From Paramoeba atlantica (Eukaryota; Protista; Discosea): DNA of 64,000 nt. Both the position numbers and the translations under genes were made by a program. Location: contig CDRNVI010000182.1 in NCBI GenBank assembly GCA_977017575.1, positions 121,269 through 185,268 of the forward strand, in the 5' to 3' direction. The notes beneath the pieces were generated by a model. That model did no database searches. It was not told the DNA's origin and was given only the letters and a program-made list of their open reading frames with translations. The stretch's first letter is position 1; every line of letters starts with the position of its first letter. Positions 1-12,056 of this stretch are shown here, piece after piece.

Positions 1-394
1 TGTTAATAACTTCAACACTTCTGGCTAATCCAAAGAAAGCAAAAAGAGCCAACAGAGAGTCTTGTAGATCTCCCCCATTCATTATCCCTCAAGACAAATA
101 TTGTTTTATCTCCTCCAAGGTAAAAACATTCTTCTTATTTGGCTGATAACCAGCTGTTTCTCCCTTTAGGATTTGATTTAACTGCTGAGTCTCACTGAAA
201 TCAATTGCATATTTACACAAAACATAGCGTTTCACGAGCGAAATCACTGGAAAGAATGATGACAATCCGTAAACACAGTTGCCATTTCGATGAGAAAGGA
301 CAAACAAATATTTTTGGTAAAACTCGATCAACAATGCCTCATTTATCACATAATCTCGGTGTTCTTCCTCATTTTTTTTATAAAAACATGTCAA
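1..394 (-). pseudogene. Tyrosine recombinase relic (Crypton/DIRS-type YR), N-terminal half, runs off the window start
   Basis: ORF 89..394 ends ...LNQILKGETAGYQPNKKNVFTLEEIKQYLS. Reading through the TGA at 89-91 in the same frame gives GIMNGGDLQDSLLALFAFFGLARSVEVIN. This fits the 'GY.PKK..VFT.EEI..L...G..R..E' pattern around the first catalytic Arg of eukaryotic transposon YRs. Confidence 0.55.
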
Positions 395-3300
395 GAAATC
401 CTTGAAACGACTTGCAGCAGTCAGGAACGCCTTTCAAGTCACATGCGGGCCATTCAACACCATCCGAACAGAATGGCATGTGGAGTCAAATTCAAAGTGG
501 TTCCATTCCTTCGCTCGGAGGGACACAATCAGTGGGTTTTCCACTCTTCATGCAGGGTTCATCTCTTGCAAGAAAATGAAAAAATGCCCACAAGGCTTTT
601 TCTTTCAATTGTTGTCACACAATCGTCCCAAAACAAACTCAAACCAATCAAAATACACCATATTTATTGCTCTCATTTTTCCCAGCCTCAAAATTCAATA
701 AAATGTTGTAGCCAATGTTTGAAAAGGCTTATCATGTCTTGAGTGTTTCTGATCAGTCTCAACCAGGATTCTGTGGTCTCATGCCGCAAGCGGCCCTTGA
801 CCTCAAAAATCCTGGGTCTTGACATCAAAAACACCCTTGACAATAAACTGCCTTTTTTCAAACATTGGCTAAATAGCTATTCTCTTTCCTCTTTTTGAGA
901 GACAAAAAAAAAAGAATAAAAGCTTTTCTCTCCTCTACATTCTTTGTCCTTTCAGAAGTATCTCATCACATGTATAGATGGTGATGGTTGTATTGACTTT
1001 ATAGGTGTTCTATTTTGGCAATTCAATATCCTAGAGAGTATGAAAAGAACCCTTTCATCAAAACAAAATTCTCATCAGAGAAAATCCATCCAAAGATGAG
1101 AAGAAAGAGTTAAAGGAGGAAAAAAGGCTGACTGTTGGATCCAAAAACCTGAAACATTCAGAAAAAGAAAAGAAAGAAAAGAAAGAATGAGAGGAAAAAC
1201 AAAGGAAGAAAAAGGGGGGAAAATAGAAAAAGGTGAAGAGAGGGGGAAATGATATGAAAAGAAAGAAAAAAAGAGAAAAGAAAGAGAAAAAAAAAAGAAA
1301 AAGGAGAAAGGAGAAAGGAGAAAAAAAATAAAGAGGGAGATCTATGGTTCTTGGATGGGAAGAAAAACTGAAAAAAAAAACCAAAAGAGAACAAAAGAAA
1401 GAAAAAAAAAGAAAAGAATGAGAAAGAGAAAGAGAAAAGAGAAAAGAGAAATAAAAAGAGAAAAGAGAAAAGAGAAATAAAAAGAGAAAAAAAGAAGAGA
1501 AAAAGAGAAAAAGAAAAGAAAGAGAAATAAAGAAATAAAAGAGAAATAAAGAGAAAAAAAAAAGAGAAACAAAGAGAAACAAAGAGATGTGGTGGGGAGA
1601 CAATCAATACACACATTTTTTCAATTCTCTTTTCATTTCTTTTTTTTCTTTTTTTTTCTTTTTTTTTCTTTCTTTTCTCTCTTTTTCTCTCTTTCTATTT
1701 TCATTTCTATTTCTCTTTTATTTCTCTTTTTCTCTCTTTTTTTTCTTTTTTTTTTCTCTTTTTTTTCTTTTTTTCTCTTTTTTCTCTTTTTTCTCTTTAT
1801 TTCTTTTTATTTTTCTCTTTTATTTTTCTCTTTTATTTTTCCCTCTTTTTTTCTTTTTTTCCCTTTTTCTCTTTTCTCTTTTTTTTTCCCCCTTTTTTTT
1901 CTCTTTTTTTTCTCTTTTCTCTTTTCTCTTTTATTTCTCTTTTATTTCTCTTTTTTTTCTTTTTCACTTTTTTTTTGCTTTTTTTTCCCCTTTTTTTCTA
2001 TTTTTTCTCTCTTTCTTTTATTTTTTATTTCTCTTTTTTTCTCTTTTTTTCTTTTTTCTCTTTTACTTCTCTTTTTATTTCACTCTTTTCTTTTTCTCTT
2101 TCTAATTCAAGGATTTGTCATTGGGAAAAAAAAGAGAAAAAAGACAAAGAAAAAAAGACAAAGAAAAAAAGACAAAGAAAAAAAGACAAATAAAAAGACA
2201 AAAAAAAAAGACAAAAAAATAAAGAAAATTAAAAGAGAGAATGTTTGGTTTCGAGGAGCTGACATTGCAAATATCTTTTATTTGTTGGTTTTTTCTGATT
2301 GTTCAACTTTTCTACTGTCTTTCTAAATAAAACTTCTTGGCCTCTGTCACATCTCCACCTCCTCTCTTTTTGTTTTTTTATGTGCTTGAAAGTACTCAAG
2401 TAACACCCCTGAGCGTTTATTCCAAAAAGAGACAGTCAACAAAACAACACAGCCAAACAACAAAAAACCATACTCAAATCCAAAAACAAAATCCAAAAAT
2501 CCAAAACAGACAAAAAGAATGGGAAGAAAATAGAAACAAAGAGACAAGGAAGGAAGAAATCCAAACCAGCACAAGAGATGGAGGAGAGAACAAAGAGAGA
2601 TCCAAAGCAAGACAAAAAGGGGAAGGAAAGGACAAAGAGGGAAGCAAGAAGGAACAAAAGCCACACAAAGGAAAGGCAGATGCTCAAAGGCGGGGAGCCA
2701 CACCATCTTTGATCTCTTTCGGAGAGCTGCTGGATGAAGCCCTTGTGCCTGGAGATGGTTTCCTCAGGGAATTCAACACCACTTATGAATAATTCATTGA
2801 GTTTCATTCCTTCCAAGTTCAAGAGCTTGTAAAACTTCATTTGGATAATTCCAATCATTCATAAACTGAGATCCAGTTGACTTAAATCATGCCAAGTATG
2901 CCAATAAACGATCCCAACTCTTCATTTAAGGGTCAATCAGTCCACAAGAGAATCCAATCCTTACCCAAATATTTTTTTTGCTATCGCATGGTACATTATA
3001 AATGACACCAAAACTGTTGAAAAAAATATCATTATATTAAATCTTAAGGAGAGTACTAACCCTCACATTCTGCCACATAGATATCAACATCAGTCATAAA
3101 CATCTATCCAAATATCCTGATGAGGCTCTTGTGGTCAGAACTGGAAAGTTGAAATCCACTTTGCCTGCCAAAGTTCATTGATCTGAAGGGGTCAGGGATG
3201 CCAGAGATGATCAACAGCCCTTGGCCATTGTCAGAATGTGGAAAAATACTTCAAGTTATGTTGTGAACATGGTTTTGGTGACCTGTAAAACTTTTGTGTA

Positions 3301-3399
3301 TCCTCGAAAAATATATCTTCCATATGCGCTGAATTGGGCCAGAATCCTTCTGTTGTGCTTTTAGAAAGCACTGTGTCCCCAAACTTCTCAAGAGCCAGC

Positions 3400-4330
3400 T
3401 CTGCAAGAAAAATCAGCCATACCAAAACAAATACCATCACTTACTCCAAACAGGGGGAGTTTGCTTGCAGAGTGAAAAACAGATCCAAACAAATTCCAGC
3501 CAAAACCAATTGTTTTCTTAAGAGCATACAATTCCACATATCTCTTGCGATGACAGAGTTTCTCAGGAAAATTCAATGACTTCACCATACAATATACCAT
3601 ATCTGCCAAACAAATTTTGAGAATCAGTAAAAATAAACCTCTTAATATTGTTAGAACCTCTGAAAAGCATTGAATATTCCAGTGAGGACTCCAGGGAATA
3701 CAGGAATGTATCAAAGCAGAAACCAGATCAGAAAAAATAACTTTTGTAGTGACCTCTAACTTCTTGACAGCAAACCACAATGACATCTCCTCAAAAAAGA
3801 GAAACACAATCCTGTTGTTAACCCCCAATGTAGGAAATAGATCCAATCATCTCTCAAAAATGCAACACTTTGCTATCCCCACAATAAACTCTTCCTCATC
3901 GATAGCTGTATAGACAAAATCATCAATGTAAAATACTGAACAAAAGTCAACCTCCTCATGGTCCCTCTTGCATAGTTCCAATAAAAAAGCGTTGTTATCC
4001 TTCTCATGACTGAATCTTGAATCCCCAGAGGGGCTTGTAGTGATATGACCAGAGAAAAGGTCGAGCCAAATACAAGCCAATGTGCTTTGTCATTCGCCAT
4101 TTCTCTTCACCCATTGATAGATTGTTGGTGTTACCAAACTCATTAGGTCTAGAATAACAAATGAGTGAGAAGAGATTTGATACATCAAAAGAAAAGAAGA
4201 AAACATCCTGATTACCATTAAAAATGTATTTCTTTTCCTCTGGGGAGAATAAACAAAACGATTTTGGTTTTATCCCCAAACACCCAGGTTCGCCAAAGCT
4301 CATTCTAACATGTTATCAACTACATCAGAG
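3400..4330 (-). pseudogene. Highly decayed reverse-transcriptase-like relic
   Basis: Motifs occur in RT order but in different frames with stops: FSFDVSNLFSLI (~4190), WLVFGS (~4075), SVFYIDDFVY (~3925), then LGVNN. Spacing is only roughly RT-like. Confidence 0.3.
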
Positions 4331-4897
4331 TGTCCATACAAATCAAAATAGACTCCTCGAACATCATCATTGTATCACTTTCAACACCCCCTTTTCATCA
4401 TTGCCACTCTCTTCATCCTTTCCAAACACATCCCCTCACAACCCAAACTTTGAAACACCTGGAACCCCAGGTGCTATTCCTACCCCAATCTCCATTCCTT
4501 TACACCCTGGTCTCTCCCACAATCATTAAACATTACCAAAGTCATAATTTCAGTCCATTCCCCATGATAATTCCGATCACTCTAATGATCTTTATATCCG
4601 TCACCCCACAGTCATAATAATGGTCATGACCACAAACAAAATCATGTTCATAATCTTGGTAACGAGCTGAGTCATAACCTTTGTCTCTCTCTCAACCTCA
4701 TCAACTCTCTTTTGAGTGACTTCCTCTTCTGAAGAAAAATTCTCTTTGGGCACTTTCGAAATATTTCCACAAGCTTTTAGATCTATCACCACACGCAAAG
4801 TACATGCTTCGATGAGAGCACTTCTTCTCTGAATTTGAGCAGAAGCGAACCACACATATATTTGCACCACAAAAGACTTTACAGCTCTTTGGACTGT

Positions 4898-5287
4898 TGT
4901 GGGGGGAACCACACTCACAATGAAGACACAAGGAAAAAGGAGAGAAAAAGGAAAGAAACTAAACTCTGGACCAAAACCTTTATAGGAATGACCCCAACCA
5001 ACACACAAGACCAAGCCAAAACGAAACCAGAGAAAACGGCGTGAAAACGTGAAAGCAAATAAAAAGAGCACTAAAAAACTTGTGATTCTGGCAAAAACAC
5101 CAAACTGGCGCACAGGCTGTCTGTGAAGCTCCTGGCTCATCAGGAAGGCCAAAACCCATGACAAAAGGCATCCAGAGAAGCTCTGGGAAGGCTCAAAGAA
5201 ACTCAGGGAAGCTCAGAGAAGCTCAGGAAAGCTCTAAAAGCTCTGGAAAGCACCACTAATGTGTTGGAGGCAGGTTTCACTCCAACA
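4898..5287. mobile_element. Solo LTR (390 bp), short relative of the solo LTRs at 32898/37179/55900
   Basis: Starts TGT and ends CCAACA, flanked by a 4-bp direct repeat CTGT (4894-4897 / 5288-5291). Shares blocks with the other copies (aaactctggaccaaaacctttat, ggctgtctgtgaagctc, tgttggaggcaggtttcactccaaca). Confidence 0.8.
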
Positions 5288-6169
5288 CTGTAATAGATCA
5301 GAGAGGTACATTTGGTATTGTCGCAAAGATAATCAATCACTTCAGTTTGGCCATCTGAATTTCCGATCCTGCATCCACAAATTCATCTTGCATGATCTGA
5401 CATATCTTTAAACCAGAGGAGAAGAAAGCAAAGAGGCAAGACAAGAAGTGGATGAGGGGGCAAAATGGACAAAAAGCGCACACATCATTAGAAGGAACGC
5501 AATATTCTCAAAAGATATCCTTCCATCGAAAGACTGAGCACTTTCCGCACATAAAAAGCACTCTCATGCCTCATCATGTCTCGCCATGGTCAAATTCGTG
5601 TAAGCACAGCCAGGACTTGAGAAGGAAATAGAAGAGAGACACATATGAGAATGGAAAGGATGAGAAAGTGAAATTTGATTTAGGAGAAATCTTTGATCCT
5701 ATCAACAGAACAGAAGAAAATGATTCTCTAACACCAACTTTAGGAAATTCAAGGATCTCAGAGGTGAGGTGGATGTCATCGAATGAGGTTCAAGGAGATT
5801 CCAAAGAAAGTGACAAAGAAATATGAACCCAAGAGCAGACCAGAGAAATTCGTAATGCCAATCAGCTCAGCTGGCCAGAAGGCCGAAAATTTCCATGAAT
5901 TGACAACGTTGCTCACTCCCAATGAGGGTCACTGAGATCCTCGGGGGGATGCTGAGGGTCTGGATTTGAGACCTTTTGTCAAGCCACCTTTTGGACAGTT
6001 CAGGAAGCAGCCAACAACCAATTTGAATGTTGAATTGGCCCAATTAGTTCAGAGGAAGAAGAGAACAAAGGAGGTTTGGAGTTGGCTCGAGAAACTCTAC
6101 TTCAAAAGGGGAAGAGACCAAAACCAAGGATAATCAAGGGGATAATGATGCGAGAAGGAGGCCGGAGAA

Positions 6170-6295
6170 AGTACTCAAGAAGAAGGAACAGGAGGAGTTA
6201 GGATTCACAGTGGAAGAGGAGACTTCACCAACAGTGGTATCTCCAGCCTTTGTTGTACCAAAGAAAGAAAGAGGGAAATGGAGATTAAACAAGAG
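6170..6295 (+). pseudogene. Isolated RT N-terminal motif fragment
   Basis: Reads ...ELGFTVEEETSPTVVSPAFVVPKKERGKWRL, matching the SP.F.VPKK..GK.RL motif of DIRS/Ty3-type RTs. It then breaks into a GA-rich low-complexity tract. Confidence 0.4.
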
Positions 6296-6985
6296 AAAAG
6301 GAACAAAGAAAAAAAAGAGAAAAGGAAAAAGAAAGAAAAGAGGAAAAAGAAAAAACAAAGGAAAAGAAAAAGAAAAAAACAAAGAAAAAAGAAGAAAAAA
6401 AAGAATAAAAAAAAGAACTTTGTTTGGTGGGATCTCAAGTCTCCTTGACTCCCTAACTCCCCGACTCCTCTCTCTCTCTCTCTCTCTCTCAGTGAGAATT
6501 GGATCATCTTCTGGGACATTCAGTCTTGAGGGGTCAAATAGCTTAAAAATATCAAAGAAGAAAAAAGAGTTGTTTGAACAAATCGAAAGAACTATTTAAT
6601 TTGTTCATAAAACTCCAAAACATCACCACAAAAATCCCTTCAATTGTTCTGTTTTTCTTGTTTTTTGATTATATTATCATCTAACAGAAAAAGAAAAAAG
6701 AAAAGAAAGAAAAATTAGTTTTCCAATTCAAAAAAAAACAAAGAAAAACAAAGAAAAAAACAAAGAAAAACAAAGAAAAACAAAGAAAAACAAAGAAAAG
6801 AAAAAAACACATCACCACAAAACACCCAACAAAATAAAGGTTTTTGATCTTGGGTTGGTGGAAAGAAAAAGAGAACGAAAAAGAAAAAGAAAAAGAAAAT
6901 GGAAAAAGGAAAAAGGAAAAAAAAAAAGAAAAAAAAAGAAAAGAAAAAAAGAAAAAAAGAAAAAAAGAAAAAAAGAAAAAAATAC

Positions 6986-8862
6986 ATTTGAACAAGATTC
7001 GTGAGTTGTCCTATTTCGGTTGGAAGTGGTCTTGTGAATGAATTCTTACTGAAATACCTACAAAGAGAAAGAAAGAAGAGGGAAAGAAAAGAAATAAGAG
7101 TTAAAAAGGAAAAAAAGAAAAAGAAAAAGAATAAAAAAAGAATAAAAAAAGAATAAAAAAAGAATAAAAAAAGAATAAAAAAAGAATAAAAATAATAAAA
7201 TAATAAAAATAATAAAAATAATAAAAATAATAAAAAAATAAATAATAAAAAAAATAATAAAATAAATAAAATAAATAAAATAAATAAAATAAATAAAATA
7301 AATAAAATAAATAAAATAAATAAAATAAATAAAATAAATAAAATAAATAAAATAAATAAAATAAATAAAATAAATAAAATAAATAAAAATAAAAAAACAT
7401 CCAAGTCAAATGAAAGTTGTCCAAATTCAGTAGGCAAAGACCCCGTGAAGTTATTAGAAACGATGTCTAATAATATTATGAAAAGGAGAGGGAGAGAGGA
7501 GAGAGGAGAGAGAGAGAGAGAGAGAGAGAAAAGAAAAAGAAAGAGAGAGAAAAGTGAGAGAGAAAAGTGAGAGAAAGAAAGAAAAGAAAAAAATCATCAG
7601 AACAGAATAATTTATTCAAAAAATAATCCGAAGAAAAAAAAGAAAAAAAAAGAAAGAAAGAAAGAAAGAAAGAAAAAAAAAAAAGAAAAAGAAAAGAAAA
7701 ACATTTGAAGGAGATCAAAGAGTTGTGCAAATTCAACAGGCATTGTCCCTGAAAAGAAATTCCCTCCCAGTGATCTGATAAAATCAAAAATAATTTCAAT
7801 AAAAATGAAAGAAATGAAAAGAAATGAAAAAAAGAAAGAAAATGAAAGAAAAATGGGAAAGAAAGAAAAAAGAAAAAAGAAAAAAAAAAGAAAGAAAAAG
7901 AAAAAAGAAAAAAGATAAAAAAGAAAAAAAAGAAAAAAAGAAAAAAAGAAAAAAAGAAAAAGAAAAAAAGAAAAAGAAAAAAAAAAGAAAAAAAAAGAAA
8001 AAGAAAAAATTACAAATCAGTTAAAGAATGAAGTTTTGAAATTTTGTCCAAGATTTTTTCTCCTTTCAGTTGATTGACTCCTAAAAACCTTTTGGAAAAG
8101 AAAGAAAGAAAAGAGAAAAGAAGAGAAGAAAAGAGAAGAAAAGAGAAGAAAAGAGAAGAAAAGAAAAGAAAAGAGAAGAGAAGAGAAGAAAAGAGAAGAA
8201 AAGAGAAGAAGAGAAGAGAAGAGAAGAAGAGAAGAGAAGAGAAAAAGAAAGGAAAGGAAAAGAAAGGAAAGGAAAAGAAAGAAAAGAGAGAAAATGATAA
8301 AATTATTAAAAGAATAATAAAAGAAAGAAAAAAAATAAAATAAAAAGAAAAATAAAAATAAAAATAAAAATAAATAAAAATAAAAATAAAAAATAAAAAA
8401 TAAAAAATAAAAAATAAAAAATAAAAAATAAAAAATAAAAAAACATGATTTGGACATGATGAAGATTTTCAATTTCTGATGGAACAGTCCCTCTCAAAGT
8501 ATTGTCAGAAAGATCTCTAGAAAGAGAAGAGAGAGAAGAGAGAGAGGGAGAGAGGGAGAGAAAAGGGGAGAGAGAGAGAAAAGGAAGGGAGGGAGAGAGA
8601 AAAGGAGGGGAGAGAGAGAAAAGGGGAGAGAAAGAAGAAAGAAAAAGTTAAAAGTTAAAAGAAAAGAAAAAAGAGAAAAGAGAAAAGAAAGAAAAAGAAA
8701 AAGAAAAAGAAAAAGAAAAAGAAAAAGAAAAAGAAAAAGAAAAAAGAAAAAGAAAAAAGAAAAAAGAAAAAAAAGAAAAAAAGAAAAAGAAACAAATAAA
8801 GAGAAGAAAGAACTCCAATTTCGGTTGGGATTGTCCCACTGAGATAGTTGTCCGCCAAAAGC
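6986..8862 (-). CDS. Leucine-rich-repeat protein (plant/protist extracellular-type LRR), six exons of one repeat each; partial, possibly pseudogene
   Basis: AG..GT-bounded exons: 8862-8794 (LLADNYLSGTIPTEIGVLSSLY), 8516-8445 (DLSDNTLRGTVPSEIENLHHVQI), 8088-8014 (FLGVNQLKGEKILDKISKLHSLTD), 7774-7703 (SLGGNFFSGTMPVEFAQLFDLLQ), 7466-7399 (DIVSNNFTGSLPTEFGQL; 68 nt, frame-breaking), 7057-6986 (YFSKNSFTRPLPTEIGQLTNLVQ). The five frame-preserving exons are phase 2-2. Start and end of the gene are not resolved. Confidence 0.85.
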
Positions 8863-10171
8863 CTTTTTTAACAAATAGAAGAGAAAGAGAGAAGAGAGAA
8901 GAGAGAAGAGAGAGAAGAGAGAGAAGAGAGAGAAGAGAGAAGAGAGAAGAGAGAGAGAGAAAGAGAAAGTGGAAGAGAAAGTGGAAGAGAAAGTGGAAGA
9001 GAAAGCGGAAGAGAAAGCGGAAGAGAAAGCGGAAGAGAAAGAGAAAGAGAAAGAGAGAGAGAAAGAGGAGAGGAGAGAAAGAGAGAGAAGAGAGAAAGAG
9101 AGAGAAGAGAGAAAGAGAGAGAAGAGAAGGAGAAAATGAGGAATGAGAGAATGAGAAAGAGAGAAGAAGAAGAAGAGAGAAAGAAAAAGGAAAGAGAAAA
9201 GAAAGAGAGAAAAAGGAAAGGGAATAAAAGAAAAAAAGTATTATTTCAAAGGTTTTTTCTTTTTTAAAAAAGAAAGAATTAAAAAAAAAGATTAAAGAAA
9301 AAGAAAAAGAAAAAGAAAAAGAAAAAGAAAAGAGAAAAAAAAAAGAGAAAAAAAAAAGAGAAAAAAAAAAGAGAAAAGAAAAGAAAAGAAAAGGAAACCG
9401 ACCACCCCACAGAAAGGAAAGGAAAGGAAAGGAAAGGAAGGGAAAAGTAAAAAAGAGAAAGAGAGAAAGAGAGAAAGAGAGAAAGAGAGAAAGAGAGAAA
9501 GAGAGAAGGGGGGAAAGTAGCGAAAAAACAGAGAGAGAAAAAAAAAAAGAGAGAAAAGACACTGGATCCAAAAATTTGGAACATCCAAAAAAAGAAGAAA
9601 ATGTACTCAGGGACAAAAAAAAGAAGAAAGAAAAAGAGGGAAAAGAGGGAAAAGAGGGAAAAGAGGGAAAAGAAAAGAGGAAAAGACAGGAGAAAAAAAG
9701 AAGATAGAGGTTTTCGGACCCGAAATAGGGGTCCGTCATTTGGCCGCTATTTTTTTTCTCATTTTTGGTTCCTCTTTCTTGGTTTCTTCTGTCAGTCCTT
9801 TTTTTTTCTCTCTTTTTTTTTTTTCTCTCCAAAAAAGAAGAAATGGGCGTAAATCAGAGATTTATTTCGGGGTTGAAAGTCAACAAACAAGAACGAAAGT
9901 TTCAATGGTAAAAGCGAAAGCAAAGCAAAAAGCAGAAAATAAAGAAAAGGAGTGAAAGCAGGCACAGGCTGGCTGCAACGCTAAGAAGAAGAAAGAGCAA
10001 CAAAGGATTCAACGCGTGTGTTGCCAAAGAGACACAAAGAAGGGAAAAAAATGAATTCGAGAGCTAAATCTAGCGCGGCAGAATGAGATAAATCCCTATA
10101 TTAGGGAATTCCTTGTTCGTTTCCGTTTGGTCTCTTCTTCGGGGACCTCTTGTTCAAAAAACAAAATCGCC

Positions 10172-10212
<41 letters not shown>

Positions 10213-11797
10213 GTGTGGGGTACAAAGAATTCAGCAAAATCTTCAAAAATCGTGGGGTGTTTGTTTTTTTCTTATATTTCTCTAATTTTCTTCTTCTTAC
10301 TTTCTTTCTTTTCTTTTCTTATTTCTTTTCTTTCTTTTTTAGATTGTGGTGAGAGACTAAATCAAGAGTTGTTTTTGACCTTTGGTTATGCTCTTTGATC
10401 CAGAACAAAAGAATCTTTGTTGATGGATCACTATTACATTGGTGAGGGATATTGGTGAATCTTGTTGTGTGTTGCTTTTTTTATTGAACATGAGAAAAAA
10501 GAAGAACTTTTTTTGATGGTGGTTTTGCGCACACAATGTTAACATTCTTTTCTTTTGTGGCCAATTTATCGTTGTGTTTGCTGTGTTTTTTTTTTTTCTT
10601 TTCCCCTTGTTTCATTTTTGTTGTTTTTTGAGTGGGTTTTCTTTTCTCTTTCCCTCTTTCCCTCTTTCTTTTTCCTTTTCTTTTTTTCTTTCTATTGATA
10701 AACTCTTTTCAGGGGAAATGTGGAAAAGACCATTCAAGATTTCTTTTTTTCTCTTTACTCTTTTTTATTCTTTTATTCTTTTCTTTCTACTTTTCTTTTT
10801 CTTCTTTTTCTTTTTCTCCCTTTTGATGGTGTTCTTCAAAAATTGTGAATACTAATTTTTCTTTCTTTTCTTTCTCTAACCTCTCGAGATGGTCCCTGAT
10901 GAGATATTAAAATAATCTGGCTGCATGTTCAGAGACCTCCTTTTTGTTTCGTGCTCCACTCCATTGCAGAAAGAAGAGAAAGAAGGGGGTTAAGTTTGGC
11001 AAGAAATTTGGAGAATATGGCTATTTTTTGACTTCTTTTAACCTCCTTCTTCTTGGCGATGATGAATTAATTAATATATTAAGAGGTACCGTGAATTTTG
11101 CTTGAACTCAGAAGTGGAGTCTATTCCCACCCAACAATTCACAAGGAGAGGGAGTTTGCCACTCTTGTTACATCACCACAGGTTTCTTTTTTTCCCCTCT
11201 TTATTTTGTTATTTTGTTGTTTTGGTGTTTTTGTCAAGTAGTTTAATTGTTTGTTTTTGTGTTTTTGTATTTTGTTTTTATTTTGTTTTCTTCTTCACTT
11301 ACAAACCTTCTTCTTAGAGTTTTGAGTTGTAAACTTTTGGTGTTTCGTTTCTTCACTGTGTAGTGTTCAGGTTTTATTTTGGTATAAATGTGATTGTTTT
11401 GATTGTTGTTGCTATTGTTATTGCTGGATGTTATTGATTGTTTCAAAAGAGCCAAGAGAAGTGTTTTTTGAGAGCTTGTTGTTGGTTGTCGGTCGGTTGT
11501 TGGGTTGTTGGTTGGTTGTTCAGGACAATCCAAGCCAATCCAGACAAGACAACCCAAAAGAGAACCCAAGAATATGGGGGTATCCTAGAAACTAGAGTTT
11601 GTTTGCCAGAAAGAAAAGTGTTAATAGAGGTTGGTTTTCTTTTTCTTTTTTCTTTTCCCTTTATTTCTTTGTTATTTTAGTATCATGTTTTTTTCTCTTT
11701 TCCCCTTCTTTTTCTCTTTCTCTCTCTTTTTCTCTTGTTTTTGTTTTTTGTTTTTTCTTTCATTCCCTTTTTTCTCTTTTTTTCATCATGCAATATA

Positions 11798-12055
11798 CAC
11801 TACGGGGAAAACGCCCCAAAGATGTTTCAAATAGCCCTTGGCGTCGACAGCCCCTATTCTTTGGACAATTTATTTGATTTCTGAAACCTGTGATTTTGCT
11901 CTCTTCTTTCCGTTTGAATTTTTTCAAACTGAACTGGATTTTTCTTTCGAAAATGGAGGAAAACGGGTTTTCCTCCCAAATCAAATAAATTGTCCAAAGA
12001 ATAGGGGCTGTCGACGCCATATTTGAAACATCTTTGGGGCGTTTTCCCCGTAGTG
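11798..12055. mobile_element. CACTA-ended non-autonomous element (MITE-like, 258 bp)
   Basis: Begins CACTACGGGGAAAACGCCCCAAAGATGTTTCAAATA and ends with its exact reverse complement ...TTTTCCCCGTAGTG. The TIR is ~80 bp with one small indel. No matching 3-bp TSD (ATA vs CAA). Confidence 0.7.
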
Positions 12056-12056
12056 C

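Noticed and set aside
1058-2326. Long F/L/S-rich ORFs (up to 245 aa) that look like membrane proteins
   Set aside because: They are translations of (TTTTC)n/(CT)n low-complexity DNA that lacks stops in all frames. The same applies to 6715-7437, 8648-9832 and 14334-17049.
2337-2792. 151-aa K/E/Q-rich ORF
   Set aside because: Mostly compositional bias, with no recognisable motif or supported splice structure, so no product can be assigned.
9850-11200. Possible plus-strand multi-exon gene divergent from the LRR gene
   Set aside because: Pyrimidine-rich intron-like tracts suggest one, but the candidate exons contain stops and no consistent frame or homology could be established.
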